A DNA stretch of 64,000 nt, from assembly GCA_013239625.1 (NCBI GenBank), contig MU054220.1, positions 3,721,374-3,785,373 on the forward strand, read 5' to 3'. This document shows positions 1-11,865 of the stretch, in pieces. The position numbers were made by a program, and so were the translations under genes. The stretch comes from Lama guanicoe (taxonomy: Eukaryota). Below the pieces are notes generated by a model. The model worked only from the letters and a program-made list of their open reading frames with translations. It was not told the DNA's origin and made no database searches. Within the stretch, counting starts at the first letter, position 1. Every line of letters starts with the position of its first letter.

Positions 1-1214
1 AAGATCATCACCACACAGTTTCCTGATTTACCTTTAAGGAGAGTGGGAACATAAAATCGTCTCTGGAAGGTGGATTGAGAAAACAGTGGAGACCATTAAG
101 TCCAAAGGCTTAGCTGTCCCTCAAGAAAGATGTTCAAAAGGCACTTACGAAGGAGATGTGTGGGGATGAAGGGGAATGCTAAAAGGAAATGACACGCACT
201 CCCTGGGGCGGGGTGAAAGGTCTACTGAGGTTTCCCCATTCCACGGAGCTGACGGTCAGGCAGGGAGAACGGCAGTGTGGGTGCGGGCTGCAGGGTCACA
301 CAGGTCCTGGCTCCACCACTTTCTACCGTCGCGACCATAGACAAATCACATACCCTCCCGGGACCTTTGCTTTTGTGTCTGCAAAGTGGGGCCAGGAATG
401 CTGATCTGCTGAGGGAATCCTGAGGATTTAGGATTAAATGAGAGCACACGTAGGGCGCCTCACTTTACACCAGACGCACAGTGGCTCCGCCCCTTCCTTC
501 CTCCGCCCCGCCCAGCTCCCAGGCCGTCCTCCCACGGACCCTGGCCAAGGGAGCCACCATTCTCCGTGTCAGGAGAGGGGAGGACTCCGATGGGGAGGAT
601 TTCTCTGCGGAGAGAATGAGCGTGGTTGGTGGTTCTCAAACTGGGTAGCACTATCCTAAAGCCATTTTCAGGATTTCAAATAATAACTCAGAAATTATCC
701 CCTCACCACCGGCTGGATCAAGGGGCAAGTGTCTTGGGTTTTGGAGCAATTAAACCCCACTCCCCCACCTCGGCAGGGAGGGTTGGGGGCTTACAGCTGG
801 TTGTTTTATCATACAGCGTGACCCTGGATGCAACTGTTTCATGTGTAACAAAGCCAGGTGTCTAAGGGCTTTAAGGGGGTTTAAGGGGACCTTTTACGTG
901 ACACTACTTCATGTAAGCGCTGATTTAGAATCCAGCCCTTGAATAACTCACATCACCAGCATTTCAATAAAAGATGATGTTCTTGGTCATGAAAAGGTAG
1001 GGCAGCACTGGTCTGGCCCAACACCCTCACTGTGCAAATGGGAAAACTTTCATAAAAGGGAAGGGGATTTGGCCAAGTCACAGAACCAATTAGTGAGGGC
1101 TCTGGGCCCGGAGCCCTGTTTCCTGAAGCCCAGGCGAGTGCCCTGTGGATTCTCTACACACTCAAATGTTTTATTTATTTTGGTAGCATACACCTTCCCT
1201 TGTTAGGATGTCTG

Positions 1215-1329
1215 CTTAGAAAGGCATGGGCTTGTTTTGTTCACTGCCATATTCCTAGTGTCCAGGGCAGTGCCCGGCACATGTGGGTCCTCAGTTCACA
1301 CATCTGAATGAATGAATGAATGAATGAAT
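1215..1329 (+). mobile_element. L2 LINE 3' terminal fragment ending in (TGAA)n
   Basis: ttgttttgttcactgccatattcctagtgtccagggcagtgcccggcacat...tgaatgaatgaatgaatgaat matches the L2 3' end. Confidence 0.8.
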
Positions 1330-2430
1330 AGTAGGAAAAGAGAAAAGAGCCATAAAGAATAGTAGGGACTTAGCAAATCAGAAAAAAAGACAAAGTCAGA
1401 GAGGGAAAGATGGAGAAAGACTGAGGAGACAGAGAAAGACAGACAGCAAAGAAGGATGTAGGAAGGGACAGACGGAGACTGAGAAAGATTTGATGGAGAG
1501 ACAAGGTGGTGTGTGAGGGGGGCAGAGGTACACGGGGAGCAACTGCAGACTTGTCACCTGGGCAGTTCTTTGGGTGTCAGCAGGACAGAGTCTCCCGGTC
1601 ACAGGGGTTCCTGTATATTTCTTTTATGGGCCCAGCCTGTCCTGTAAGAGAAAATATTCAGTTACTCTAGGAAGTCAATAAGGAGCAGCTATCTTCAAGA
1701 AGCTGTTTATAAAACCCCGTCCCCCCAGACACACACATTCAGGGCAAGGGCCTTGCTGATCTGGGCCCATTAGCGCTAATGAAAAGCTCTCAGCACCTGG
1801 TCCGCTCCAGCTGGGGAGGCCCACATGGGGTGCCCGCCTTCTGCCCAGATGGTGGTTCCCAGGTGCCCTTCCTGGGGCCGCGTGGGGAACCACATCTTCA
1901 AAAGATTTGCAGTTTCTGGCACGGGCTGCATCTCTGCTGACATGCTATGTGTGGCTGGTGAACCGGGAGGAGAGGATGGGTGTAGTGATCCATGCACCTG
2001 GATGCTACCTGGGCATCTGCAGTGATGCCTCAGCAGAGAGAAGGCCAGCACAGCCCTGTTCATCAAACACTCTCCCTGGAAATCCTGACTCCCAGGAGAG
2101 AGAAACTGGATGCTGGAAAGCATTCCTTAGCTTTGCATAAGGATCCACCAGAAGGCTCCTCTAGAGAGCCAGCTCTGAGTAGTAGAAATGAGGGCTTGAT
2201 TTCAGCAGTCAAATGGGCCCAGATGGAGACCCCTGTTCTACCACACCTGTGAGGGAATTCCACAGCTGAGTCCTGCTCAAACACTTCCAGGAAAATTCTG
2301 AGGCCCGGGGAAGTTTGGGCTGCAGTGAGCATTCCTATGGGGAGGAAGGAGGAATTTCGGGGTCTCGGGTGCCAGTCAGATTCCCTCCCATTCTCGTCAG
2401 TGGAGAAGCAGTTTGTGAAAGATTCCTCTC

Positions 2431-2480
2431 CATCACTCCATCTCTCCATCCACCCATCCACCCATCCATCTATCCACTCA
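2431..2480. repeat. Degenerate (CATC/CACC)n microsatellite, probably an L2 tail on the minus strand
   Basis: catccacccatccacccatccatctatcca, followed by L2-like minus-strand sequence. Confidence 0.65.
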
Positions 2481-2844
2481 GCAGCTCCAACTGTGTGCTG
2501 GGTGCTCTGTTAGGGAATGGAGACGCAAATAGGCAGGCACTCACACTTGGGTCGTGGCCGGGGTAGGGGACTGGAGGAGACATGGAAAGGGAGGACAATA
2601 GGGCTGGGGACCCACAGGAAGGAGGACAAACTCCACGGGTGTAACTCCACTGGTGGCAGTTGGGGAGGCTTCACAGGGAAGGGGAGGGAGTCTTGAGGGC
2701 GTGTAGAGGTAGAGATGGGCAGATGGAAAGACAGAAGAAGGGGCCGCCTTCCTGAGAGCTCTCGGAGGCCCTGGGAGCTGGTACCCGTTTGACCTAAACA
2801 CACACACGTGGCAAGCGCTTCAACCTCAGTGTCGGCTGTAGGGC

Positions 2845-3020
2845 TCTGGGCTATATGTTTACATGCATAACCTCATTAAATGCAAGAACAACCCTAGGAA
2901 GTAGATATCGCACCATCACCCCCATTTTACAATGGGGAAGCAGAGACCTGGAGAGGGAAGTGACTTGTCTAACATCACCAACTAGTAAGCGATGGACCGG
3001 AAAATCCATGCCCAGGAGTC
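2845..3020 (-). mobile_element. MIR SINE
   Basis: ctcattaaatgc...aaccctaggaagtag...cccattttacaatggggaagcagag...gtgacttgtctaacatcac is the reverse complement of the MIR core. Confidence 0.8.
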
Positions 3021-4304
3021 AGAATCAAAACTAGCTTTCACGGAACGGGCTTCATCCACCCATGTGATTACGGTGAATCCTTGTGACAGCCTTGCTAGGG
3101 AGCCTATTGCCTCACTTTACAGAAGGAAACTGAGGCTTAGAGAGGTAAGGGGCAAAGCTGAGCATCCTCCTGGGTTCTAGGCTCTTTCTCAAACTCCAGG
3201 CAAGATATTAGAAAACCTGTGTTGGGGGCCAGGAGAGGGGAAGAGGGCAGAAGTCCAGCACCATCTGAACAGTGATGGATCCTTAGAAATTGACCGTGGG
3301 GGTGTGGGGAGGGGAGGACACTGTCACTACCTGGCAGGACACTGCTAGCTGAGTGGACATCTAGGGGGAGGAGCCCCCTGGGTCTAGGCAAGGCCCAAGG
3401 AGCTTTGGGTGCAAACTCTGTCCAGGAATGGCTCACTGGGCAGCATGAAGCCAACTTAGGCTCCTTCCTAGAGCTCAGGTCTCTGTGGCCTTAGGAAGGG
3501 GAGCCCCAATGTCTAGTTCAGGGGTGGCATCCCACACCTGGCCCCAGGGCTCAGGGAAGCAGGGAGGAGGTCATCGTTTTCTCTTACCCCTGCTCCTCCC
3601 CTGCCTATCCCAGCCCTGGTGCCTCAACATCACCATTCTCTGCCCAGCATCTCAGGCTGGGAAGGCCCACCTTCCTCTGGACACTGAGGCTGGGATGAGA
3701 GGTGTGGGTGACATAGAGACCCACCCAGGGACAGGGAGGAGGTGCTGAACTCCGTTGGAATCTCTGGTGTCTCCCTGACGCCCCCTCCATCAGGATGCCC
3801 CCCTCCCTGATTTTTTTCTGACACAGCAAAGATCTACACTAAGGAGACGCTGGGAAAGGACAGCCTGGGAGACCCCTGCCAGGCTCAGCCATCATCCCTG
3901 CTTCTGCACAGCCCAGGTGGCACCTGCCTGGGCCAGCTCCCTTGAGACCTTCAGAAAGTCACTACCCTCCCCAAGATGCTAGGTTCTCCTCTGAAAACTG
4001 CAGTTCTCAATTTTGAAGCCAAAGGTGGTTGCAAGAATCTGAAGCTCATGAACAATGAAGTGATATGATGTGAAAACACTTGGAAAACTGCAAAGCACTG
4101 TTCCCGTGGGGAGTATTATTATCAGCATCATCATATATGGAAGAAAGTGGATGCCCAAACCACATTCACTGGTTATCAACTGAGGTGGGCGTGGGGCAGA
4201 CCACGGACACATGGCTTGGTCAGTATGGATATACATTATCTTTCCTCTCAATGGCCCCAAAGTCAGACTAATCGCTACAATTTTGTGATAAACCTAATCA
4301 TAAT

Positions 4305-4520
4305 TAGCAGTGTTGAGCGTTCACTATGTACCAGACTCTGCTAAGTGTTTCTCCTGCATTCTCTTACTTAATTTCACCTAGGAGGTGGGTGTCATTATTA
4401 TCCCATTTTACAGATGAGGAAACAAAGGCTCAGCAGATAATTAACTGGTCTGGATTCACTCACATGGTTAGTAAGACATGGTCATGAATCAGACTGCTAG
4501 ACTCTAAACCAGAGCTCCTG
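4305..4520 (-). mobile_element. MIR SINE, near full length
   Basis: ttgagcgttcactatgtaccag...attatcccattttacagatgaggaaacaaaggctcag. Confidence 0.9.
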
Positions 4521-4842
4521 ATAAGACACCAGACATTGACGTGGCACTAGAGACAGGACCTCAGAAAGGGAGTTCTATGTCTCAGTCTCCAAAATCTCCA
4601 GCTCAGTGCTGCTCTGCCCTGAATCAGGCAACCAGGCAGCATCCCAGGGAGCCAGCTAGCATCCTCCCCCGTGCCAAATGGAGGCCTCTGGGGGATGTCC
4701 CCAACCTGCCATCCTTTGACAGATGGGAGCCCTGAGGCCCAGAGAGAGGCAGAGATGGGGTGAGGTCAGACAGCGCCGCTGGGTTCTCCTCTGCAGGCCC
4801 CGGCCTGGGCCAGACAGCTTTATTAATCTGCCTCTCCCACTG

Positions 4843-4857
4843 CCCCCAGATGGCGGC
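4843..4857 (+). promoter_or_regulatory. Candidate CTCF-binding motif
   Basis: CCCCCAGATGGCGGC has one mismatch to the CTCF core CCRSYAGRKGGCRS. Confidence 0.4.
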
Positions 4858-5129
4858 TCAGTCCCATCTGCACAGAGCAGGCCCAGGAGGGGTTCTCTGA
4901 TTAAGAAGAACAGCTCAGTTCATAAATCACTCCTTTTACTTTCACCACCCCCACTGCCCGGGCAAGCTTTCTGGAGAGAGAGAAAAGGAGGCAGGTGGAC
5001 AGGAGCAATGGAGAAGCCCCCACCGGAGGAAGCAAAGCTAGACCTGGGCTGGTGGGAGCCCAGAAATGTCTTGTACGAGCCCTGGCCAGGGGAGGGCGCT
5101 GTGGTGCAGAGCAGAGTTTCAGGGGGGCG

Positions 5130-5330
5130 CAAGGGAGCAGCCTTAACTCCAACAACCTGGGTTCCAATCAGTGTGGGCTCTGCCTCCAACAGGCTGTAAA
5201 ACCTGGGCCAGCCTCCTCACCTCCTGAGCTTCTATCTCTTCATCTGTGAGATGGGCGTTCTCAGATCTAACTCCCAGGGTTATTATGCAGATCGAAAGAA
5301 ATGATGCTGGTGAAAGCACTTTAGCGGCTG
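5130..5330 (+). mobile_element. MIR SINE
   Basis: acctgggttccaatc...ctctgcctccaacaggctgtaaaacctgggcc...catctgtgagatggg...gtgaaagcactttag. Confidence 0.75.
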
Positions 5331-5553
5331 TACATCCCGTTCCTTCCTTCCTGGGCCTGCCTGGCACCTGCTAGTGCCAGCACTGGGCTTGGTCCAAGGC
5401 ATGGAGGCCAGCGACTTCTGTCCCTCAAGGACTCACCCAAGTCTAGTGAGAATCAATAACCCGGTACTTGGAGAGGAGTGTTAACAGCCACATCAACCAA
5501 GTATCCTGGGCATTTGCTGGGCAGGACAGAGAAGCGAGCGCTGACCGCCCCTG

Positions 5554-5570
5554 GGCCTGCAGGGGGCGCC
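5554..5570 (+). promoter_or_regulatory. Candidate CTCF-binding motif
   Basis: GGCCTGCAGGGGGCGCC is a strong match to the CTCF core, in a CpG-retaining patch. Confidence 0.55.
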
Positions 5571-5614
5571 TAGAAGCTGGGGGCCTGTGCATGGGGAGGA
5601 CGGCGCAGGGACCG

Positions 5615-5820
5615 ACATTTATTGAGCCCCAGTGATACTGCAGAACATCGTGTCACGGGCGTTTACCTATAAAGATCCTACTCAGTCCTCCAAAGAGACT
5701 TGCAAATTAGATGATATTACCATCGTTCCCTTTTACAGAAGAGGAAACTAAGGCTTTGAGGGGCTAGAAAGGTCCCAGAGCCATTACTGACACTAGGCCT
5801 GCCTGACTCTAAGGCCTAGA
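5615..5820 (-). mobile_element. MIR SINE
   Basis: acatttattgagccc...cccttttacagaagaggaaactaaggct...gcctgactctaaggcc. Confidence 0.75.
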
Positions 5821-6479
5821 TTTTCCTTCGTCAGAACTTGGGGCTGAGGGTTGTCAGAATAACAATGCTTCTTGTCATCAGGTTCAGAGCTGATGGGGGT
5901 GGGGAGAACTTATTTGCTCAATGGCTGTGCCTGCTGGGCCTCATCCCAAGACAGACGGTCTCATAAACAAGCAATTGGCCCCAAATCCTGCCGTGCCTGG
6001 TGATAGCACGGACGCGGGGACACGGACACAGCTGATGGGGAATAACATCTAATTAGGCTCCCGGAGGTACAGCCTGCGGTCGATGTATTGGATCCTAAAT
6101 GACAGCCTTCCCCAGCCCCCACACTCATGGAGTCTTGAATGTCAAGGAAGCAGAGAGTGGCTGCAGCTTCTGGGAAGGCCCGGTCTCTAGTCTGTGAGCC
6201 AAATCAAGCCTGGGCACAGCATCCCTGCCACATGCTGTCTCCTCTGCCCCACAACTCCCATGGAGCCTTTCCATCTGAGAATCTTCAAAGGAGGAAGCCT
6301 TAGTGAGGGCTGACTCCAATTTCCTCTTTTCACACTGGGGGATGCTGAGGCCCAGAGAGGGGAAGGGCTTGGCCCAAAGTCACACAGCAAAGCCAGAATC
6401 AGGAGATCTTGATTTTAAGCCCACTGCTCTTCTCACCACTCAAGGCCGCCTCCTAAGACTAACATCTTAATTTAGTTTG

Positions 6480-6650
6480 ACTTCTAAAAGCATTTTACCC
6501 ACATTATTTCATTGAACCTTCCAAACCTCCCCAGGAGATGGGGGTTCCTGCTTTACAGATGAGGAAACCAAGGCTCAGAGAGATGAGATCCCTGGCCTAA
6601 ACTCACACAATAGGTTGGAGGAATTTCTGGAACAAAGCAGGATTCCTGTC
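6480..6650 (-). mobile_element. MIR SINE
   Basis: cattttacccacattatttcattgaacct...tttacagatgaggaaaccaaggctcagagag. Confidence 0.8.
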
Positions 6651-8057
6651 CTTCTGCCCTGGCTGTCCCCCAGAGGTGTGTGGCCCCAGAGACTCTAAGT
6701 TGCTGGTCCCCAGAGTGACCCTTGCTGCATTCCACACCCTCTGCCCCATGGACCTGGGCTGGACTCAGGCCACAGAAGGTGCTCATCCCAGACACCTCCT
6801 GGCTCCATCCTCCTTGCTTTACACTGAACTGGCCTCTGGGGACAAAGACTCTGCACCCTATTGTAGAGAATTTGACTTGCCACAGTCAGGGTGCTGAAGG
6901 CAAGACCACCTGGGCAATCTGAACTTGAGTGTGAGCATAGAAGGGTGAAGGTCGCTCTGTGTATCAGGAAGAGGATTTGGCCTCAGGACACCAGTGTCCA
7001 AGTCCAGTCTGGTACCCGACAGTGAAGCGTAGCTGGAGCAGGACAAGGGCTTGAGTTCCAGGGCCAGGAGGGACAGAGGAGGGCAGGGTGAGGACACCTC
7101 CCACCTCCTGAGGCCAATCCTGCCCTGTCCCTGAAGCCCAGCTGAGAACCCCTAGGAAAGTTTCCCCGAGACTGGAGATGGGGGAGAAGCAGGTGTGAGG
7201 AGGAGACCAGGAGATAATCCAAGCAAACAACGGGTCCCAGGACCCAGGGAGGGCAGGTGCAGTCGGGCACACCTGGGAGATCCTTCTGGAAGGTGGCAGG
7301 GACACTCGGGTACTGGGAGGTGTTGTGGGCACCAAGGGGACAGGGAAGAAGGTCAGCCCCCAGTGGGGGAGCAGACAAGCCACAGCCACCTCTAAGGCCC
7401 TGGGGAAGAGGCTGCAGGCAGAAGCTGGTGGGCAGCCTGGCTGTTTCCATGAGATCCAGAGAGCGTCTGCCTCGTGACCTCCCTGGATCGCCAAAGGACA
7501 AACTCCCTCCCAGCCAACTGTTACTTTTGTGGTTAACTCACATCAGAAGGCATTTCATTCATTTGTAGGTTCTTTCATTCATTCCTTGTTCAGTAAGCAC
7601 TGTTGGCCTCTGCGGGAAACCCACAGTCCTGCCAGACCTGGGTCTGGGGGATCCACCCGCAGACAGCCTCTGCGGCTCCTCGGGTATGGAGAAGCATCCC
7701 TGCGCCCTGAGCCTCCAGGCAGCCCTCTCCCCAACGTGGGTTACCTGCCCAGCCTGGTACAAACAGTGACTCCTCATAACTCCTCTGCCTCACCTGGCTG
7801 AGTCTGTCTCCTTCCCCTCCAGGGTGCCTCCCAGAAGCTTTTGTTAAACTTCTTGCTAACCAGAGCCTGCATCCAGTTAGCTCTTACTGTATATCTGGCC
7901 TTGAACTAATGGCACAGAGATCCTCACAAGAATCCTAGGGAGTGGGTCTGCTCCCCACTGACCTGTCATTGAACCGGGCTCAGAGATGGTGAGCAGCCTG
8001 CCTCAGGTCACTCAGCCAGGCTGTGGGTCTGGTCTGACCCTAAAGCTGAGCTCTTAG

Positions 8058-8480
8058 CAGGGGTCTCTCAATTTCCCCCCACCCCTTTGGCATGGTCCAT
8101 GGACCCCCTTTTAAATACATAAAATAAAATCCATAGGATTAAACTATATGAAATATGGTTATCAAAATATTTTTTAATTTATCATATGCAAATGCTTCTT
8201 CATTAAAACATTAAGTTCAAGATCCAGCGATGGATTTGATGACTACTGTATTTTCAAGAAATCTTCAACAATTGGGGGGTGATATGAAAATATCTGCTTC
8301 TATCTCTTGATGGCAAATGACAAGGACAGCTAATCATGTGGCTGGTTGCCCATGATCATCGTTGGAGGAAATGCTCAATAGCAGTTAAATGTTAGTGAAA
8401 GTAAAGATACAATTTTTCCCCAAGTTCACAAACCCCTCGAGTTCCATGTGAGCCATGGACCCTGGAACGGGAATTCCTGC
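8058..8480. mobile_element. hAT-Charlie non-autonomous DNA transposon (MER119-like; subfamily unverified)
   Basis: AT-rich body between termini CAGGGGTCTCTCAA... and ...GGAATTCCTG, with internal CCATGGACCC motifs near both ends; body resembles a remembered Charlie-type consensus (taaaataaaatccataggatt...gttagtgaaagtaaagatacaattttt). Confidence 0.7.
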
Positions 8481-9979
8481 CTTAGACACAGTCCATCCCT
8501 GATGGTAACGGCCCTTTCCATCTGTGGCTCATCAATCCAACTTGCCACTCAGTAATTTCCACCCCTCCTCAGACAAAGGATGCCCTTTCCCATCCATCCC
8601 CACCCCCAGCACAGGGGTAGAAAGTTTGCAGCAGGAGCAAATGGGACCATGGCAGCAGGGAAGAGGAGGAGGGTCAGAAACCTAAACTGACTGTAGCCAA
8701 ACGTGGCCCCCTTCCTGCGCAGGGAAGGCCCAGCCAGCTTGGATGGAGGGTAAGGCCTGGGAGTCAGCCAGTCTGAGAAGCCCCTGGAGAACTTATTAAG
8801 CCCTCAAACTTCCAGGCTCCAGCTCTGAGATTTGGATTCTGTGGGCTGGAGGAGGGGGCCCGCCAGTCAGTCTTTCCTTCTGGTGTACCCCTGGGGGAGC
8901 TCCACACTGTCTTCAGAGACCTCAAGGTGAGAAGCCCCCTGAGGTCTATCTAGGAGGCAGGGGCTCCAGGCAGGCTGAACATAATGCCCCCCAACTCTAG
9001 GATGGTAAGAGGGTATAACCAGCCAATGGCTGGCTGCCAGTCAGATGCCCAGCATCCTTCCCCCATCACTTTCTGCAGCCAGAGCCCAGGTTCCCCGATG
9101 TTACCCAGCATCCAGCATTTGGCTCATGGCCTCTTCCTGGCCTCCCATTTGCCATCTCCCCTCCAAGAGGAGGACACTGGACAATGATTCCACACCACCG
9201 GCCTCCTGCTGGGACCAGCCAGCGCGTGTCTGGAGTGGAGATTTTAAGTCTCTGGAAATTCTCTTTTTGGAGAGAGCTTGGGGCTGGGGCAGTCTTTTCT
9301 GCTTCCTCCAGGGGTTTGAGAGGGACTGAAATACTGGAAAGTCATTGAGAACTGCTGAAGTGTGCCCCAGCCAGAGTGGGGGCTCTGGGCCTCTCGACCG
9401 CCCACTGAATCACCTTCAAAGAGCACAGTCCCCGTGGAGATCAGAAGGAACTGGCAGGATTGGCCTCATCCCCTCGGGCTCACTCCCTAAGAGGGCACTC
9501 ACAGGATGAAGTGGGGGAGGGGCAGAAACCTTGCGGTTTGCTGGTGCATCTGTGCCAGCTGGAAAAGGAGGCTGCTGCGGAAAGTAGCTCACAGGCACCC
9601 TCGTCCTGGAGCCAAGGAGGCTGACGTCCAGAGGGGCAGGGACTCGCCTGAGGACACACAGCAGAGTCAAGGCTGGATGGCACAGTCCAGACTCCGAGCC
9701 TGAGCACTCCCTGCTGCACACGGTGTGGGGGGAACCAGCCTCAAAACACATCCCAGGCAGGGCCAGGCCCCAGGAGCCATCGTCCACTCATGCCGTGATT
9801 GGAGGGGACAGGGATGGGGGACACTGGACGTGTCCTCAGAAGTTACCATCGCTGGCAGAGCTTCCCCACCAGATACAAGTCTTTGGTGGCTGGGGCTGAG
9901 TCTCCCACTTCCTCTCAGTCCCCTCAGGGCACACAGTGTGTCCTGGATGGAATATTATCCATATAAAAACTGCTCCTTC

Positions 9980-10160
9980 CTCACAGGTGCCAGGAGCCAT
10001 GCTGAACACCATTTCAGCATCATCTGAAATGGATGAATTAGCCCAAAGTTACCCAGGAGTACACAGAAGCCCAGAGAAGGTGAGTAAGTTTCCCACGGTG
10101 GCCCAGCTGGTGAGAGCAGAACTGAGGTTCAGATTTCAACCCAGACAACACTCTGGCAAG
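9980..10160 (-). mobile_element. MIR SINE
   Basis: gaagcccagagaaggtgagtaagtttcccacggtggcccagctggtgagagcagaactg. Confidence 0.7.
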
Positions 10161-10779
10161 GCGGAAACAAGTGAAGAGAACAAACTGGCAGGTGTGAGTC
10201 TTGGATTCAAGTCCAGACCCTTGAAAACTGGGGGGAAGCCTGCTCTCTCTCTGACCCTCGAGTCCTCTGGCTCTTTCTCACGGCCAGCTGCATCTAGAAG
10301 CCTCGGTGGGGAGCAGGGGCCCCCAACCCTCCCTCCCACTAGCTCTCCCTTCCCATGTTTCATCACCCCCACCAGGGCCAGAGCAGCAGGAGACCCTTTG
10401 AAAGACTGGATAATCCATCCCAAAATATGCAGGACTGTTGCTGGGGCAACCTGGCTGCCACACAGCCCGGATTTAAATATTTAATGGCTTCGCGGGTATT
10501 AAGGGACCCTGGGAACTGGGCAGGAAAGGGCACAGGTCTGGGCTTGGCTAAGAGGGTAGGGGAGCACTGGCAGCTCCTGCTGGAGCAGCCCCCCAACCCC
10601 GACCCCCATCAGAGAAGGGCGTCCAGGGCTCCTGGCTTCTGTTGCTGCACTAATTGTCTGACAGGACAAAACAGGAACCCAGGCGGTGGATGAGACACAG
10701 AATGCCACTGAGGCGGGTAATGGGAGGGGACGGGCCCCAGGGGAGAGAATTTCTCTTTTGCAGGTGGACTGTTTCCCAC

Positions 10780-10990
10780 AAGTGTCTACTGTGCAGTGGA
10801 CACTGTGCTAAGGTCTTTCTTACATTCTCTCCTTTGAACCCCACTATCATCCGATGAGGCAGGCATATTATTGTTCCCAATTTACAGCTGAGCGAACTGG
10901 GATCAGAGAGGTGAAGTGACTCACCCAAGGCCACACAGCTGCTGAGTGACAAACTTGAACTCAAGGCAAGGTGGCTCCAAAGCCAGTGCT
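10780..10990 (-). mobile_element. MIR SINE
   Basis: ctactgtgcagtggacactgtgctaagg...cccaatttacagctgagcgaactggg...gtgactcacccaaggccacacagct. Confidence 0.85.
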
Positions 10991-11079
10991 CTGTCAGCTA
11001 CATCCATGCGGAGCCAGGACCAGAAACACTGCTGATAGCTAGTAACTGTAATGGCAGGCAGGCATGAAGTCCTTTCTGC

Positions 11080-11250
11080 AGGCCGGGCACTGTGCTAAGG
11101 GCTTTACGGGTTCTAATGCACTTAACCTTCACAACAACCCTGTGAGGGAGGCACTGTTGCCCCCATTTTACAGATGTAGAAACAGGCCTCAAGAGGGCAG
11201 ATCAGACACCAAGCTCACAGGCAAGCAGAGAAGCCTGTATTCAGGCCTCA
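11080..11250 (-). mobile_element. MIR SINE
   Basis: ggcactgtgctaagggcttta...cacaacaaccctgtgagg...ccccattttacagatgtagaaacaggc. Confidence 0.85.
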
Positions 11251-11499
11251 GTGGGATATTCAGGATGGTGTTCTTCATCCAGCTCTTCTTAGCCCACGTT
11301 TAGAAAGGCTTTTGTTGTTTAGAATATAACAATGATAAATTAATACAAATCACATCGAAAATGCTTTTTCACCCTGGTGCTTTGTCCACGTCATCCTAAG
11401 ATGGATAGGAAAGTGAGGGGAACGTCTTTCAACTACTTTGTAATAAAGACTAATCACTTTGAGGTTTGGCTTCAGTGACTTGCTCTACACACAAGACGG

Positions 11500-11645
11500 A
11501 GGCACACAGACGGCAAAACAGACACAGCCTCACAGACACACAGACAAACACATAGACAAACATACACTACACAGACACATATAGACAGAGATATAGGCAC
11601 ACACATAGGTACATACACAGGCACACACCACACATACACACACAG
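11500..11645. repeat. Degenerate (CA)-rich low-complexity tract
   Basis: cacagacacacagacaaacacatagacaaacatacactacacagacacat...cacatacacacaca. Confidence 0.8.
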
Positions 11646-11679
11646 ATGTGGCCTCTGGTCACTTTTCGCCTGATTGAAC

Positions 11680-11865
11680 TGACTATAGTGTCATGAAAGA
11701 GGTAGAAAAGACATCCAAAGTCATTTGGCCAATGCCTCTGCCAACATCAAGACTATTTTCTTAAAGAGCTTCAGGAAGGACAAGCCCCACAACTTCATTC
11801 TGATGTTTCCTCCTTAAGAAGGGAAGTTCTTCCTGGCATCTAACCAAATTCCCTCCTGCTTTACA
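11680..11865 (-). mobile_element. L3/CR1 LINE 3' fragment
   Basis: aagttcttcctggcatctaaccaaattccctcctgct resembles the reverse complement of the CR1/L3 3' region. Confidence 0.55.

Noticed and set aside
9936..10484. 182-aa ORF
   Set aside because: The N-terminal part is translated MIR sequence; there is no coding signature.
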